A stretch of DNA of 64,000 bases, taken from contig DASZKZ010000056.1 of NCBI GenBank assembly GCA_035552595.1, forward strand, positions 207 through 64,206, given 5' to 3'. The translations under genes were made by a program, and so were the position numbers. Shown here in pieces: positions 53,953 to 62,450 of the stretch (its first letter is position 1; the number at the start of each line of letters is the position of its first letter). Origin of the DNA: Candidatus Dormiibacterota bacterium. GTDB taxonomy: Bacteria; Chloroflexota; Dormibacteria; Aeolococcales; Aeolococcaceae. Below the pieces are notes generated by a model, which was not told the DNA's origin, searched no databases, and saw only the letters and a list, made by a program, of their open reading frames with translations.

Positions 53953-54947
53953 TCGGCAGCTCGCTGAGCCGCAGCGACGTCGGCGCCACCGTTGACGCCA
54001 TCGCCCGGGTGCAGCGGCCCGACGGCAGCATCCCCTGGTACGCGGGTGGCCAGGTGGATCCCTGGAACCACGTCGAGGCCGCCATGGCGCTCGATATCGG
54101 AGGCCGCCACGAGGAGGCGTCGCGAGCCTACGCGTGGCTCGCCGCCATGCAGCGTGACGACGGCTCCTGGCATGCCGCCTACCGCGATGCGGAGGTGGTC
54201 GACGCCACGATGGACACCAACCTCTGCGCCTACATCGCCGCCGGCGTCTGGCTGCGCATGCTCTGCGGGGCGCCGGACGCGGAGCTGCGCCGGCTGTTCG
54301 CCCACGTGGAGCGTGCGCTCGGCTTCGTGCTCTCGCTGCAGGGCGAGGACGGCGCTGTGTGGTGGGCGTGCGACGCCAACGGGCGTCCCTGGCGGCGGGG
54401 GCTGGTGACCGGGTCGTCGTGCGTGCACCTCAGCCTGGCCTGCGCCGTGCGCCTGGGAGACGCGCTCGGCCTCCCCCACCCGGAGTGGCACGCGGCGCGC
54501 GACCGTCTCCGAGGGGCGCTGCTGGGCTCGCCACACAGCTTCAAGGACAAGCGACGCTGGGCCATGGACTGGTACTACCCGGTGCTCTGCGGGGTTGTCG
54601 GCGGGGACGACGCGCTGGCCCGACTGGCCGCGCGCTGGGACGACTTCGTGGTCCCCGAGCGCGGCGTCCGCTGCGTGTCGGATCGTCCCTGGATCACCGC
54701 CGCCGAGACCTGCGAGCTGGCCCTGGCGCTGGTGCGGTGCGGCGACCGGGCTCGCGCCACCGAGCTGCTGGAGTGGGCGCAGCACCTCCGCGGCGACGAC
54801 GCCGCCTACTGGACGGGCGCCAACTTCACCGACGGGCGCATCTTCCCCCCCGACGAGCAGCCCACCTGGACCTCGGCGGCGGTGGTGCTCGCGGACAGCG
54901 CCATCAACGGCGGAGCGGCCGCCGAGCTGCTCGAGACCACCCGCTGA
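53949..54947 (+). CDS. Prenyltransferase/squalene-cyclase-repeat (alpha/alpha-toroid) protein
   Basis: Three QW-like repeats: VQRPDGSIPW, MQRDDGSWH, LQGEDGAVWW. ATGA overlap with the upstream methyltransferase. Confidence 0.65.
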   Translation: MIGSSLSRSDVGATVDAIARVQRPDGSIPWYAGGQVDPWNHVEAAMALDIGGRHEEASRAYAWLAAMQRDDGSWHAAYRDAEVVDATMDTNLCAYIAAGVWLRMLCGAPDAELRRLFAHVERALGFVLSLQGEDGAVWWACDANGRPWRRGLVTGSSCVHLSLACAVRLGDALGLPHPEWHAARDRLRGALLGSPHSFKDKRRWAMDWYYPVLCGVVGGDDALARLAARWDDFVVPERGVRCVSDRPWITAAETCELALALVRCGDRARATELLEWAQHLRGDDAAYWTGANFTDGRIFPPDEQPTWTSAAVVLADSAINGGAAAELLETTR

Positions 54948-54969
54948 GCCAGCCTCAGCCAGCGCCGGG

Positions 54970-55629
54970 TCAGCGGACGAGCACCCTCAGGCTGCCCAGG
55001 GCCACGAGGTCGCGGAAGCCCTCGTCGAGGGCGCGGCGGTAGACACGAAACGGGGCCTGGCCACCGTCGGCGGGGTCGGGGAAGACGTCGTGGATGACCA
55101 GCAGCCCGTCGCCGTCGAGATGGGGGCCGAACCCCGAGTAGTCGGCCTGGGCCGCCTCCTCGGTGTGGCCGCCGTCGATGAAGAGAAGCGACATCGGGGC
55201 CCGCCACCACCGCGCCACCGAGGCCGACGCCCCCACCACGGCGATGACCACGTCCTCGAGTCCCGCCGCCGCGACGGTGCGCCGGAAGTGGGGCAGCGAG
55301 TCCACCCTGCCGGTGGCGCGGTCGATCACGGCGGGATCGCAGTAGAGCTGACCAGGCTGATTCTCCTCCGAGCCGCGGTGGTGGTCGACGCTGAAGAGGA
55401 CGCCGCCCCGCTCGCGAGCCGCGCTGCCCAGGTAGATCGCCGACTTTCCGCAGTAGCCGCCGACCTCGAGCATGGGACCGCGGGCGGCGGCGGCGAGCGC
55501 GGCGCGGTGGAGCAGCACTCCCTCGGCATCGGGCATGAAGCCGCGCGCCGCGCGCGCCGCCTCACCGTCGGCAGGGGTCATCGCCGGGGCGGGCAGCGCG
55601 GAGTCGGCTTCGATCACGACGCAGACCAT
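54970..55629 (-). CDS. Class I SAM-dependent methyltransferase (Methyltransf_24 / O-methyltransferase-3-like)
   Basis: MLEVGGYCGKSAIYLG..LFSVDHHRGSEE..LLFIDGGH. Start taken at Met28 of the ORF. Confidence 0.7.
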   Translation of the reverse strand: MVCVVIEADSALPAPAMTPADGEAARAARGFMPDAEGVLLHRAALAAAARGPMLEVGGYCGKSAIYLGSAARERGGVLFSVDHHRGSEENQPGQLYCDPAVIDRATGRVDSLPHFRRTVAAAGLEDVVIAVVGASASVARWWRAPMSLLFIDGGHTEEAAQADYSGFGPHLDGDGLLVIHDVFPDPADGGQAPFRVYRRALDEGFRDLVALGSLRVLVR

Positions 55630-55684
55630 ACCGGCAGGCACGGCCACGCCCGGCCGACGGGACCAAGCCCTAGCATCGCCGCCC

Positions 55685-56941
55685 GTGCCCGCTCCCCCGT
55701 CGTTGCGCATCGCGCTGCTCAGCTACCGCGGCAATCCCTACTCGGGCGGCCAGGGTGTCTACGTCCGGCACCTCTCGGCCGCGCTGGCGCGGCTCGGCCA
55801 CGCGGTCACCGTCTTCTCCGGCCAGCCCTACCCTGAGCTGGTCGACGGCGTGGAGCTGGTGAGAGTGCCGAGCCTGGACCTCTACCGCGCCGACGACCCG
55901 TTTCGCACCCCTCGGCCGGGTGAGTTCCGCGATTGGATCGACGCGCTCGAGTTCGCCACCCTCTGCACCGCCGGTTTTCCTGAGCCCCTCACCTTCAGCC
56001 TTCGCGTCCGCCGGCTCCTGCTCGCCGACCGCGCCGGCTTCGACATCGTCCACGACAACCAGGGTCTGGGCTGGGGCCTGGTCAGCCTGGAGCGCGCCGG
56101 CATCCCCATGGTGGCGAGCGTGCACCACGCGGTGGTCTTCGATCGCGACCTCGAGCTGCTCCGGGCGCGCAGCCCCGGCCGCCGCATGGTGCTGCGCCGC
56201 TGGTACCACTTCCACCGCATGCAGGATCGCGTGGCCCGGCGCATGCCGCTGGTGATCACCGTCAGCGAGCAGTCGCGCCACGACATCGTCAGCCGCATGC
56301 GGATCGACCCGGCCCGGATCCGGGTGGTGCCCGTGGCCGTGGACGAGACGGTGTTCGCCCCCCAGCCGGCGGTGGCGCGCGTGCCCGGCCGGATCTTCGC
56401 CGTGGCCAGCGCCGACGTCCCTCTCAAGGGCGTCGTCCCCCTGCTGCATGCACTGTCCCGGCTCCGTCGCAGCCGGGAGGTGGAGCTGGTGCTGCTCGGC
56501 GAGGCGCGGCCGGGCGGGGCCGTCGAGCGCACCGTGCGCGATCTCGAGCTGAACGGCAGCGTGCGTTTCGTCCGGGGCATCGACGATCTCGAGGTCGCCC
56601 GCCACTACGCTGAGGCGGAGGTGGCGGTGGTCCCGTCGCTCTACGAGGGCTTCTCGATCCCGGCGCTGCAGGCGATGTTCTGCGCGGTGCCGCTGGTGGC
56701 GACCACCGCGGGCGCTCTTCCCGAGGTGGCCGGCCGGGATGGGGAGACGGCGCTGCTGGTCCCGCCCGGCAACGCCGTGGCGCTGGCGCGGGCGATCGGC
56801 CGGCTGCTCGACGACGCCCCGCTGCGCGCCCGCCTCAGCGAGGCTGCGCTGCGGCGCTCCCGGGAGCGCTACAGCTGGGCGGCGTCGGCGCGTGCCACCG
56901 CTGAGGTGTACCGAGAGGTGCTCGCCCGCCGCGCCGGCTAG
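55685..56941 (+). CDS. GT-B glycosyltransferase (family 4/1)
   Basis: LRIALLSYRGNPYSGGQGVYVRHLSAALARLGHAVTVF.. and C-terminal VVPSLYEGFSIPALQAM (E-x7-E region). GTG start at 55685. Confidence 0.85.
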   Translation: MPAPPSLRIALLSYRGNPYSGGQGVYVRHLSAALARLGHAVTVFSGQPYPELVDGVELVRVPSLDLYRADDPFRTPRPGEFRDWIDALEFATLCTAGFPEPLTFSLRVRRLLLADRAGFDIVHDNQGLGWGLVSLERAGIPMVASVHHAVVFDRDLELLRARSPGRRMVLRRWYHFHRMQDRVARRMPLVITVSEQSRHDIVSRMRIDPARIRVVPVAVDETVFAPQPAVARVPGRIFAVASADVPLKGVVPLLHALSRLRRSREVELVLLGEARPGGAVERTVRDLELNGSVRFVRGIDDLEVARHYAEAEVAVVPSLYEGFSIPALQAMFCAVPLVATTAGALPEVAGRDGETALLVPPGNAVALARAIGRLLDDAPLRARLSEAALRRSRERYSWAASARATAEVYREVLARRAG

Positions 56942-57144
56942 GGCTGGGGGCGCGCCACCAGGAGGCGGAGAGCCAGCACCGGGCACTTGGCCACGGCCTG
57001 ACGGGCGTGGTCGAGCAACTCGCCGGGAACGGGTCCGGGCTCGAGGATCGGATAGCCCCAGTCGTCGAGGCGGATCATCTCCGGGAGCAGCTCGGCGCAG
57101 AGGCCGTGGCCGTCGCAGCGGATGCGGTCGAACTGCAGGCTCAC
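56938..57144 (-). CDS. Small ferredoxin (single Fe-S cluster type)
   Basis: VSLQFDRIRCDGHGLCAELLPE..AVAKCP. GTGA overlap with the NuoF-like stop. The upstream 119 codons of the ORF were discarded. Confidence 0.6.
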   Translation of the reverse strand: MSLQFDRIRCDGHGLCAELLPEMIRLDDWGYPILEPGPVPGELLDHARQAVAKCPVLALRLLVARPQP

Positions 57145-58376
57145 GACGTCCAACGCGTGCTCCCCTGGGGAGGCGGCGGCCAGGCGCAGCCGCGCTGCTG
57201 CGTGTGCCGGGCGAACTCCTCTTCGAAGACGTCGAGGGCGGAGAGCACCAAGCCGGCGGCCCCGTCGGGGTGGTGGCAGGCGCCGCGCCCGCGCACCTCT
57301 GTGGCCCAGGTCCGCAAGCGGGCCAGCTCGTGGGGCTGCGACCGGCAGGCGCTGATCCGTCCCAGCGCCTCTGCGATGGCGCGCAGCCCGAAGACGCAGG
57401 GGCCGCACTGCTGGGCGCTCTGCTCGCCGAGGAACGCGGCGATCTCGGCGGTGACCCGCACTCCGCACTCGTCGGCGCCGAGCAGTCCGACGACCCCGCA
57501 TCCCAGCGACCGTCCCGCGCCCCGGAGCGCGACGCTGTCGAGGCGAAGGCCCCAGGCTTCGGCAGCTCCGACCCAGCTGCCGAAGAAGCCGCCGAGCAGC
57601 ACCGCGGCGACACCGTCGGTGGGGCGACCCACGGCCGCCACCACCTCGGCGACACGGGCTCCACGGGGCACCTCGAGCACCCTCCCCCAGGACGCACCCG
57701 CGCTCACGGTGACCAGGGCCGTCCCGCCCGCCCCATCGGGTCCGGTGCCGCGGAACCAGGCGTCGCCGTGACGGGCGATCAGGCCCACCTGGGCCAGGGT
57801 CTCGACGTTCTGCACCAATGTGGGCCGGCCGCCGACGCCGCGCTGGTAGGGACGGGGAGGAGTCGTCTGAGGCAGGGCGATGGCGTCGTTGACCGAATGC
57901 ACCGCCGCACTCTCCTCACCGGCCACGTAGCGCGGTGGCGCGCTGACCAGGCGCGCCGGTGCCGGCGCATCGGCTCGCTCAGCCAGCGCCCGCCTGATGG
58001 CGTCGCCCGCGGCAACGTGGCTCTCCCCGATGTAGAACACGATCTCGCGGGCCCGGAGCGCCGACGCGGCAAGGAAGGCGCCGTCGATGACCAGGTGGGG
58101 ACGGGACTGCATGAGCAGGCGGTCCTTGCCGCTCAGCGGCTCGCCCTCCGCCCCGTTGGCCAGCACCACAGGGGACCGCCGCGAGCCGGCGATCGACCGC
58201 CATTTCGACCCCACCGGGTAGGACGCCCCTCCCCGCCCGCGCAGCCCGCTGCGATCGAGGACGTCGATGAGATGCGTGTCGACCTGCGGCAGGGGGCCGA
58301 GGCGCGCCAGGTGGGAGGCGGCAGTCTCCACGCCGAGGCCGGGGTCGGGTCCCCCGAGAAGCGCGGAGTTGATCAC
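57141..58376 (-). CDS. NuoF-like flavoprotein (NADH dehydrogenase 51-kDa-subunit-like, SLBB plus Fe-S region)
   Basis: GLRGRGGASYPVGSKW and NGAEGEPLSGKDRLLM match the NuoF FMN/NADH motifs. The C-terminal cysteines read QCGPC..C..C. GTG 58376 overlaps the upstream stop. Confidence 0.75.
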   Translation of the reverse strand: MINSALLGGPDPGLGVETAASHLARLGPLPQVDTHLIDVLDRSGLRGRGGASYPVGSKWRSIAGSRRSPVVLANGAEGEPLSGKDRLLMQSRPHLVIDGAFLAASALRAREIVFYIGESHVAAGDAIRRALAERADAPAPARLVSAPPRYVAGEESAAVHSVNDAIALPQTTPPRPYQRGVGGRPTLVQNVETLAQVGLIARHGDAWFRGTGPDGAGGTALVTVSAGASWGRVLEVPRGARVAEVVAAVGRPTDGVAAVLLGGFFGSWVGAAEAWGLRLDSVALRGAGRSLGCGVVGLLGADECGVRVTAEIAAFLGEQSAQQCGPCVFGLRAIAEALGRISACRSQPHELARLRTWATEVRGRGACHHPDGAAGLVLSALDVFEEEFARHTQQRGCAWPPPPQGSTRWTS

Positions 58377-58957
58377 GACCCCGACACCCGGTGGCGCTGA
58401 GCCGCAAAGCGGCGGACGTTGCGGAGCGGGTCCAGCGGCGCGGAGAGCAGACGCCAGAGCGTGACCACGGCCACGGCGGCCACGCAGACCCCGGTCACCC
58501 CCAGCATCCACGCCGAGGTGGAGTCGGTGCCCGTGCCGAGGCCGTGGACGACGGCGATCGGCCAGGCGGCGTACGCGAGCCAGTGGATCGCCCGCCAGAC
58601 CCTGAACCCGACGCGCGCGCGCAGCAGGCTGGTGGCGATCAGCGCCACGATGAGCTCGAAGGCCACCGTGCCGAGGCCGAGCCAGAAGCGCCGGTACGAC
58701 GAGCCGAAGGGCAGCACCACCGGGGCCACACCGAGGCTGGTGAACGGATCGACCACCGCGGTGACGATGTGGATGGCCAGGAACACCAGGCTGAGCAGCG
58801 CCAGGTTGCGGTGGAGGTCGACGGTGAGGAAGCGCGGCCAGCCGGCGGACTGGACTCGCAGCCGGGCCAGCTGACCCATCACCACCACGGCGGTGAGCAG
58901 GAGCAGCGAGACCGCGCCGGCGGCGCGGGTGGCGAACCACAGCGCCTGGCTGCTCAT
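58373..58957 (-). CDS. Ferric-reductase-like / MsrQ-like transmembrane protein
   Basis: 194 aa with about 6 TM segments. Paired histidines lie inside TM helices (LHRNLALLSLVFLAIHIV, AIHWLAYAAWPIAVVHGL). Confidence 0.65.
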   Translation of the reverse strand: MSSQALWFATRAAGAVSLLLLTAVVVMGQLARLRVQSAGWPRFLTVDLHRNLALLSLVFLAIHIVTAVVDPFTSLGVAPVVLPFGSSYRRFWLGLGTVAFELIVALIATSLLRARVGFRVWRAIHWLAYAAWPIAVVHGLGTGTDSTSAWMLGVTGVCVAAVAVVTLWRLLSAPLDPLRNVRRFAAQRHRVSGS

Positions 58958-59238
58958 GAACCGCCGGACACAGCCACCGGGGTGGCGCTCGGTGTCGCCG
59001 CCGCCACCCCGGTGCTCGTGCTCGTGCTCGGTGAGGTCGGCGTCGCCACCGAACCGTTGGAGGTGGTGGTCGCGGTCGTTGCGCTGGTCGCGGCTGAGCC
59101 GGCTGTGCTGGCCCGAGCCGTGGTGCCGACGCCGATGGCGATCACCGCCGTTGTGGCGGCCGCGCCCAGGGCCGTCGCGGCGGTGATCCGGCGCAGGCGG
59201 CGTTGGGCGCGCTCGCGGCGGTGCGGGGTGTGTGTCAT
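58954..59238 (-). CDS. Small secreted Ala/Thr/Ser-rich protein with an Arg-rich signal-like N-terminus
   Basis: MTHTPHRRERAQRRLRRITAATALGAAATTAVIAIG, then a T/S/A low-complexity tail. ATGA overlap with the downstream TM gene. This is only the last 94 codons of a 437-aa ORF. Confidence 0.4.
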   Translation of the reverse strand: MTHTPHRRERAQRRLRRITAATALGAAATTAVIAIGVGTTARASTAGSAATSATTATTTSNGSVATPTSPSTSTSTGVAAATPSATPVAVSGGS

Positions 59239-59451
59239 GTGATGGCCTCGAGGAGTGGCGTGCGTTGCCATCAGGGTGGGCGGCCAGCCTGGGCGCCTCA
59301 TGAGGCCTCTCTGGGAGCCTCCTGGGAGTCCGCGGGGCACCGGTACAGCCGGTGCATCATGTTTGCTGAGCAGCGACCACTCAGCACCGATGACCAGGCC
59401 CGGTCCGAGGGACTGTCCCGCGCTGCTCAGGGCGCCGGCAAGGAGATGAAC

Positions 59452-61245
59452 ATGGCGGAGACGGTGGGCGACGACCTGGTGGCGCGGCTGCAGGAATGGG
59501 GCATCGCGCGTGTCTACGGGTATCCCGGAGATGGCATCAACGGGATCCTCGGATCGCTTCGCAAGAGTGGCGACCGGCCGCGCTTCATCCAGACCCGCCA
59601 CGAGGAGATGGCCGCGTTCATGGCGTGTGCCCACGCCAAGTTCACCGGAGAGGTGGGCGTCTGCCTGGCCACGTCCGGGCCGGGCGCCATCCATCTGCTC
59701 AACGGCCTCTACGACGCCAAGCTCGACCATCAGCCGGTGGTCGCCATCATGGGACAGACGTTCGCCAGCGTCATGGGCGGCGATCAGCAGCAGGAGGTGG
59801 ACCTGCTCAGCCTGTTCAAGGACGTGGCCAGCGCCTACGTGCAGCAGGTCAACGTTCCATCCGCGCTGCATCACTGCATCGACCGGGCTCTGCGCATCGC
59901 CGCCGCGGAGCGGACGGTGACCGCGGTGATCATCCCCGCCGATGTCCAGGACATGAAGGCGGCGCGGCAGCCTCAGTCGATCAAGTCGGTGCACACCGGG
60001 GTGGGCTTCGTCCGCGACCGCGGCCTGCCGCTCGATGCGGACCTCCACCGCGCCGCCGACGTGCTCAACGCGGGCGCCAAGGTGGCCATGCTGGTCGGGG
60101 CCGGCGCCCTGGACGCCACCGACGAGGTGCTGGCGGTGGCCGACACCCTCGGCGCGGGCATCGCCAAGGCCTTGCTCGGCAAGGCCGCCGTCCCCGATGA
60201 CATCCCCTACTGCACCAACTCCATCGGCTTGCTGGGAACCAAGCCGAGCTGGGAGATGATGCAGCACGCCGACACCCTGCTGGTGGTGGGAAGCTCCTTC
60301 CCCTACGCCAACTTCCTTCCGCCCATCGGGCGCGCCCGCGGTGTGCAGATCGATCGCTCAGCGAGGATGCTCAGCCTGCGCTACCCGATGGAGGTGAACC
60401 TGCTCGGCGACAGCCGGGCCACGCTCCGCGAGCTCCTGCCGCTGCTGCGCCGCAATCCCGACCGATCGTTCCAGGAGACCATCGTCAAGGATGTCGCCGA
60501 CTGGTGGCGTCTGATGGATGATCGCGGCCAGCCCGAGGATCGCGAGGGCAACCGGATCCGTCCCCAGGCCCTCTTCTCGGCACTCTCGCGCCATCTCCCC
60601 GACCACGCGATCGTCAGCAGCGACTCCGGCTCGGCGGCCAACTGGTTCGCGCGTCATGTGCGCATCCGGCGGGGCATGAAGGCATCTCTCTCCGGGAACC
60701 TCGCCACCATGGTGCCGGGTGTTCCCTACGCCATCGCGGCCAAGTTCGCGTACCCCGACCGGGTCGCCGTGGGCACCATCGGGGACGGAGCCATGCAGAT
60801 GGGCGGGATGGCCGAGCTGATCACCGCGGCCAAGTACTACCGCACCTGGAGCGACCCCCGGATGGTGGTGCTGGTGCTCAACAACGAGGACCTCAACCAG
60901 GTGACCTGGGAGCAGCGTGTCATGGAGGGCGACGCCCGTTTCGACGCGTCGCAGAGCATCCCCTACGTCGCATTCCATGAATTCGCTCGACTGATCGGTC
61001 TGGGCAGCGCCAGGGTGGACCACGCCTCGCAGATCGAGGACGCCATGCGCGAGGCGTTCGCGGCGGACCGTCCCTTCGTCATCGATGCCATGACCGACCC
61101 CGAGGAGCCGCCGCTGCCACCTCACATCACGCTGGAGCAGGCCGAGGGCCTCACCAAGTCGTTTCTTGCCGATCCCTCCGATGGCGTCCCCGGCCTCGTC
61201 AACGCGATGCGCGAGAAGGTGGATGAATTTCTCCCGGGACGCTGA
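59452..61245 (+). CDS. Pyruvate oxidase / pyruvate:quinone oxidoreductase (PoxB)-like TPP-FAD enzyme
   Basis: GIARVYGYPGDGINGIL..HEEMAAFMACAHAKFTGEVGVCLATSGPGAIHLLNGLYDA..GDGAMQM..VLNNEDLNQVTWEQ. GGAG lies 6 nt before ATG 59452. Confidence 0.85.
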   Translation: MAETVGDDLVARLQEWGIARVYGYPGDGINGILGSLRKSGDRPRFIQTRHEEMAAFMACAHAKFTGEVGVCLATSGPGAIHLLNGLYDAKLDHQPVVAIMGQTFASVMGGDQQQEVDLLSLFKDVASAYVQQVNVPSALHHCIDRALRIAAAERTVTAVIIPADVQDMKAARQPQSIKSVHTGVGFVRDRGLPLDADLHRAADVLNAGAKVAMLVGAGALDATDEVLAVADTLGAGIAKALLGKAAVPDDIPYCTNSIGLLGTKPSWEMMQHADTLLVVGSSFPYANFLPPIGRARGVQIDRSARMLSLRYPMEVNLLGDSRATLRELLPLLRRNPDRSFQETIVKDVADWWRLMDDRGQPEDREGNRIRPQALFSALSRHLPDHAIVSSDSGSAANWFARHVRIRRGMKASLSGNLATMVPGVPYAIAAKFAYPDRVAVGTIGDGAMQMGGMAELITAAKYYRTWSDPRMVVLVLNNEDLNQVTWEQRVMEGDARFDASQSIPYVAFHEFARLIGLGSARVDHASQIEDAMREAFAADRPFVIDAMTDPEEPPLPPHITLEQAEGLTKSFLADPSDGVPGLVNAMREKVDEFLPGR

Positions 61246-61246
61246 G

Positions 61247-61711
61247 GTGCCCAGCATCCGCCGGCCGTCTCGCGACCGACCCGAGCACCTCATCGACCGG
61301 ATGCTCCGCAATGTCGAGCACGGGCGTTTCGAGCGCTCTCTCTCCGCGCTCACCGCGCTGGGCGCGCTGGTGACCACCACGGAGATCTACTTCGAGCACT
61401 ACAAGGGCAGCTTCGGCAACAAGATGATGTGGGCGCCGATCGTGGTCACCCCTCCCGTGGTGGTGGCCGGGATCGGCGGCGTGTTCAGCCGGCGGTGGGC
61501 CAAGACGTGGTTGCCGTTGACCGCCGGCATCTACACGCTCAATGGCGTCGCCGGCGAGTACTACCACGCCCGGGGCGTGGCGCGAAAGCCCGGGGGCTGG
61601 CGCCTGGCCTCGTACAACGTCCCGATGGGCCCGCCGATCGCGGCGCCGGGCCTGATGACCATCGTGGGCGGAATGGGCCTGCTCGCGGCGGTGCTGCGCC
61701 GGGAGCGTTGA
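61247..61711 (+). CDS. Small integral membrane protein (about 4 TM), function unknown
   Basis: Hydrophobic segments LTALGALVTTTEIYF, APIVVTPPVVVAGIGGVF, LPLTAGIYTLNGVAG and GLMTIVGGMGLLAAVL. The start is uncertain (GTG 61247 or an internal ATG). Confidence 0.45.
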   Translation: MPSIRRPSRDRPEHLIDRMLRNVEHGRFERSLSALTALGALVTTTEIYFEHYKGSFGNKMMWAPIVVTPPVVVAGIGGVFSRRWAKTWLPLTAGIYTLNGVAGEYYHARGVARKPGGWRLASYNVPMGPPIAAPGLMTIVGGMGLLAAVLRRER

Positions 61712-61715
61712 GCGG

Positions 61716-62450
61716 GTGGCCGACCTCTCCACGCCGCACCACCTTCCCAACCACCGGCCTGACCGGCAGCCGGCCGACACGTCGTGGCTGCCGAGGCAGC
61801 GCCGCGGGACCTCGCCGCAGATGATCGGACGGTATCCCGACTACGACGTGTTCGACGCCGAGGGCACCTGGGACGACGCCACCCGACAGGTGATCGGCAA
61901 GCGGATGGGGATGGGCACCCGGCGCCTGGCGTTCTTCGACGCCGCAGAGGAGGCCACCCTGCGCGCCTTCTGCGACGTCGTCCTGGCGCAGGACGGAGAA
62001 CCGCGTGTGCCCGTCGCGGAGATGGTCGACGAAACCCTCTGCGCGGGACGCCTCGATGGCTACCAGTACGCCGGCATGCCCGACGACCGCGAGACCTGGC
62101 ACCTGGTGCTGCGGGGGCTCGACGAGACGGCGCGCCGTCGCCACGGCGCGGAGAGCTTCGCGGCGCTCGACGACCAGGCACGCCAGGCTCTGGTCGGACA
62201 GCTCGCCGGCGGCACGCTGCACGGTGGCAGCTGGGACGCGCTCCATGTCAAGCGCGCCTTCTCGGTGTGCATGCGCGCCACCCTCTCGGCCTTCTACTCG
62301 CACCCGTGGGCGTGGAACGAGATCGGCTTCGGCGGGCCGGCCTACCCGCGCGGATACATGCGCCTGGGCCCGCTGGCGGTGCGCGAGCCGTACGAGAGGC
62401 GCGGGGCCACCGATGAGGACCCGGTCGGCTTCGCCGGCGAGCAGAGCTGA
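61716..62450 (+). CDS. Gluconate 2-dehydrogenase subunit-3-like protein
   Basis: ..FFDAAEEATLRAFCDVVL..LDDQARQALVGQL..FYSHPWAWNEIGFGGPAYPRGY resembles the small subunit of FAD-dependent sugar-acid dehydrogenases. The start is uncertain (ATG 61821 is an alternative). Confidence 0.65.
   Translation: MADLSTPHHLPNHRPDRQPADTSWLPRQRRGTSPQMIGRYPDYDVFDAEGTWDDATRQVIGKRMGMGTRRLAFFDAAEEATLRAFCDVVLAQDGEPRVPVAEMVDETLCAGRLDGYQYAGMPDDRETWHLVLRGLDETARRRHGAESFAALDDQARQALVGQLAGGTLHGGSWDALHVKRAFSVCMRATLSAFYSHPWAWNEIGFGGPAYPRGYMRLGPLAVREPYERRGATDEDPVGFAGEQS

Noticed and set aside
55670-57697. 675-aa minus-strand ORF
   Set aside because: It lies antisense to the GT4 glycosyltransferase and out of frame with the ferredoxin and NuoF-like genes. 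The sequence is Pro/Arg/Ala low-complexity.
59364-59386. Inverted repeat TGCTGAG-N9-CTCAGCA in the divergent region upstream of the PoxB-like gene
   Set aside because: This is a single 7-bp inverted repeat with no second copy and no associated regulator gene. Its information content is too low to call it an operator or an RNA element.
59239-60267. Upstream 343 codons of the 437-aa minus-strand ORF
   Set aside because: This part lies antisense to the PoxB-like gene. Only the last 94 codons (58954-59238), which have a signal-like N-terminus and an ATGA coupling, look like a gene.
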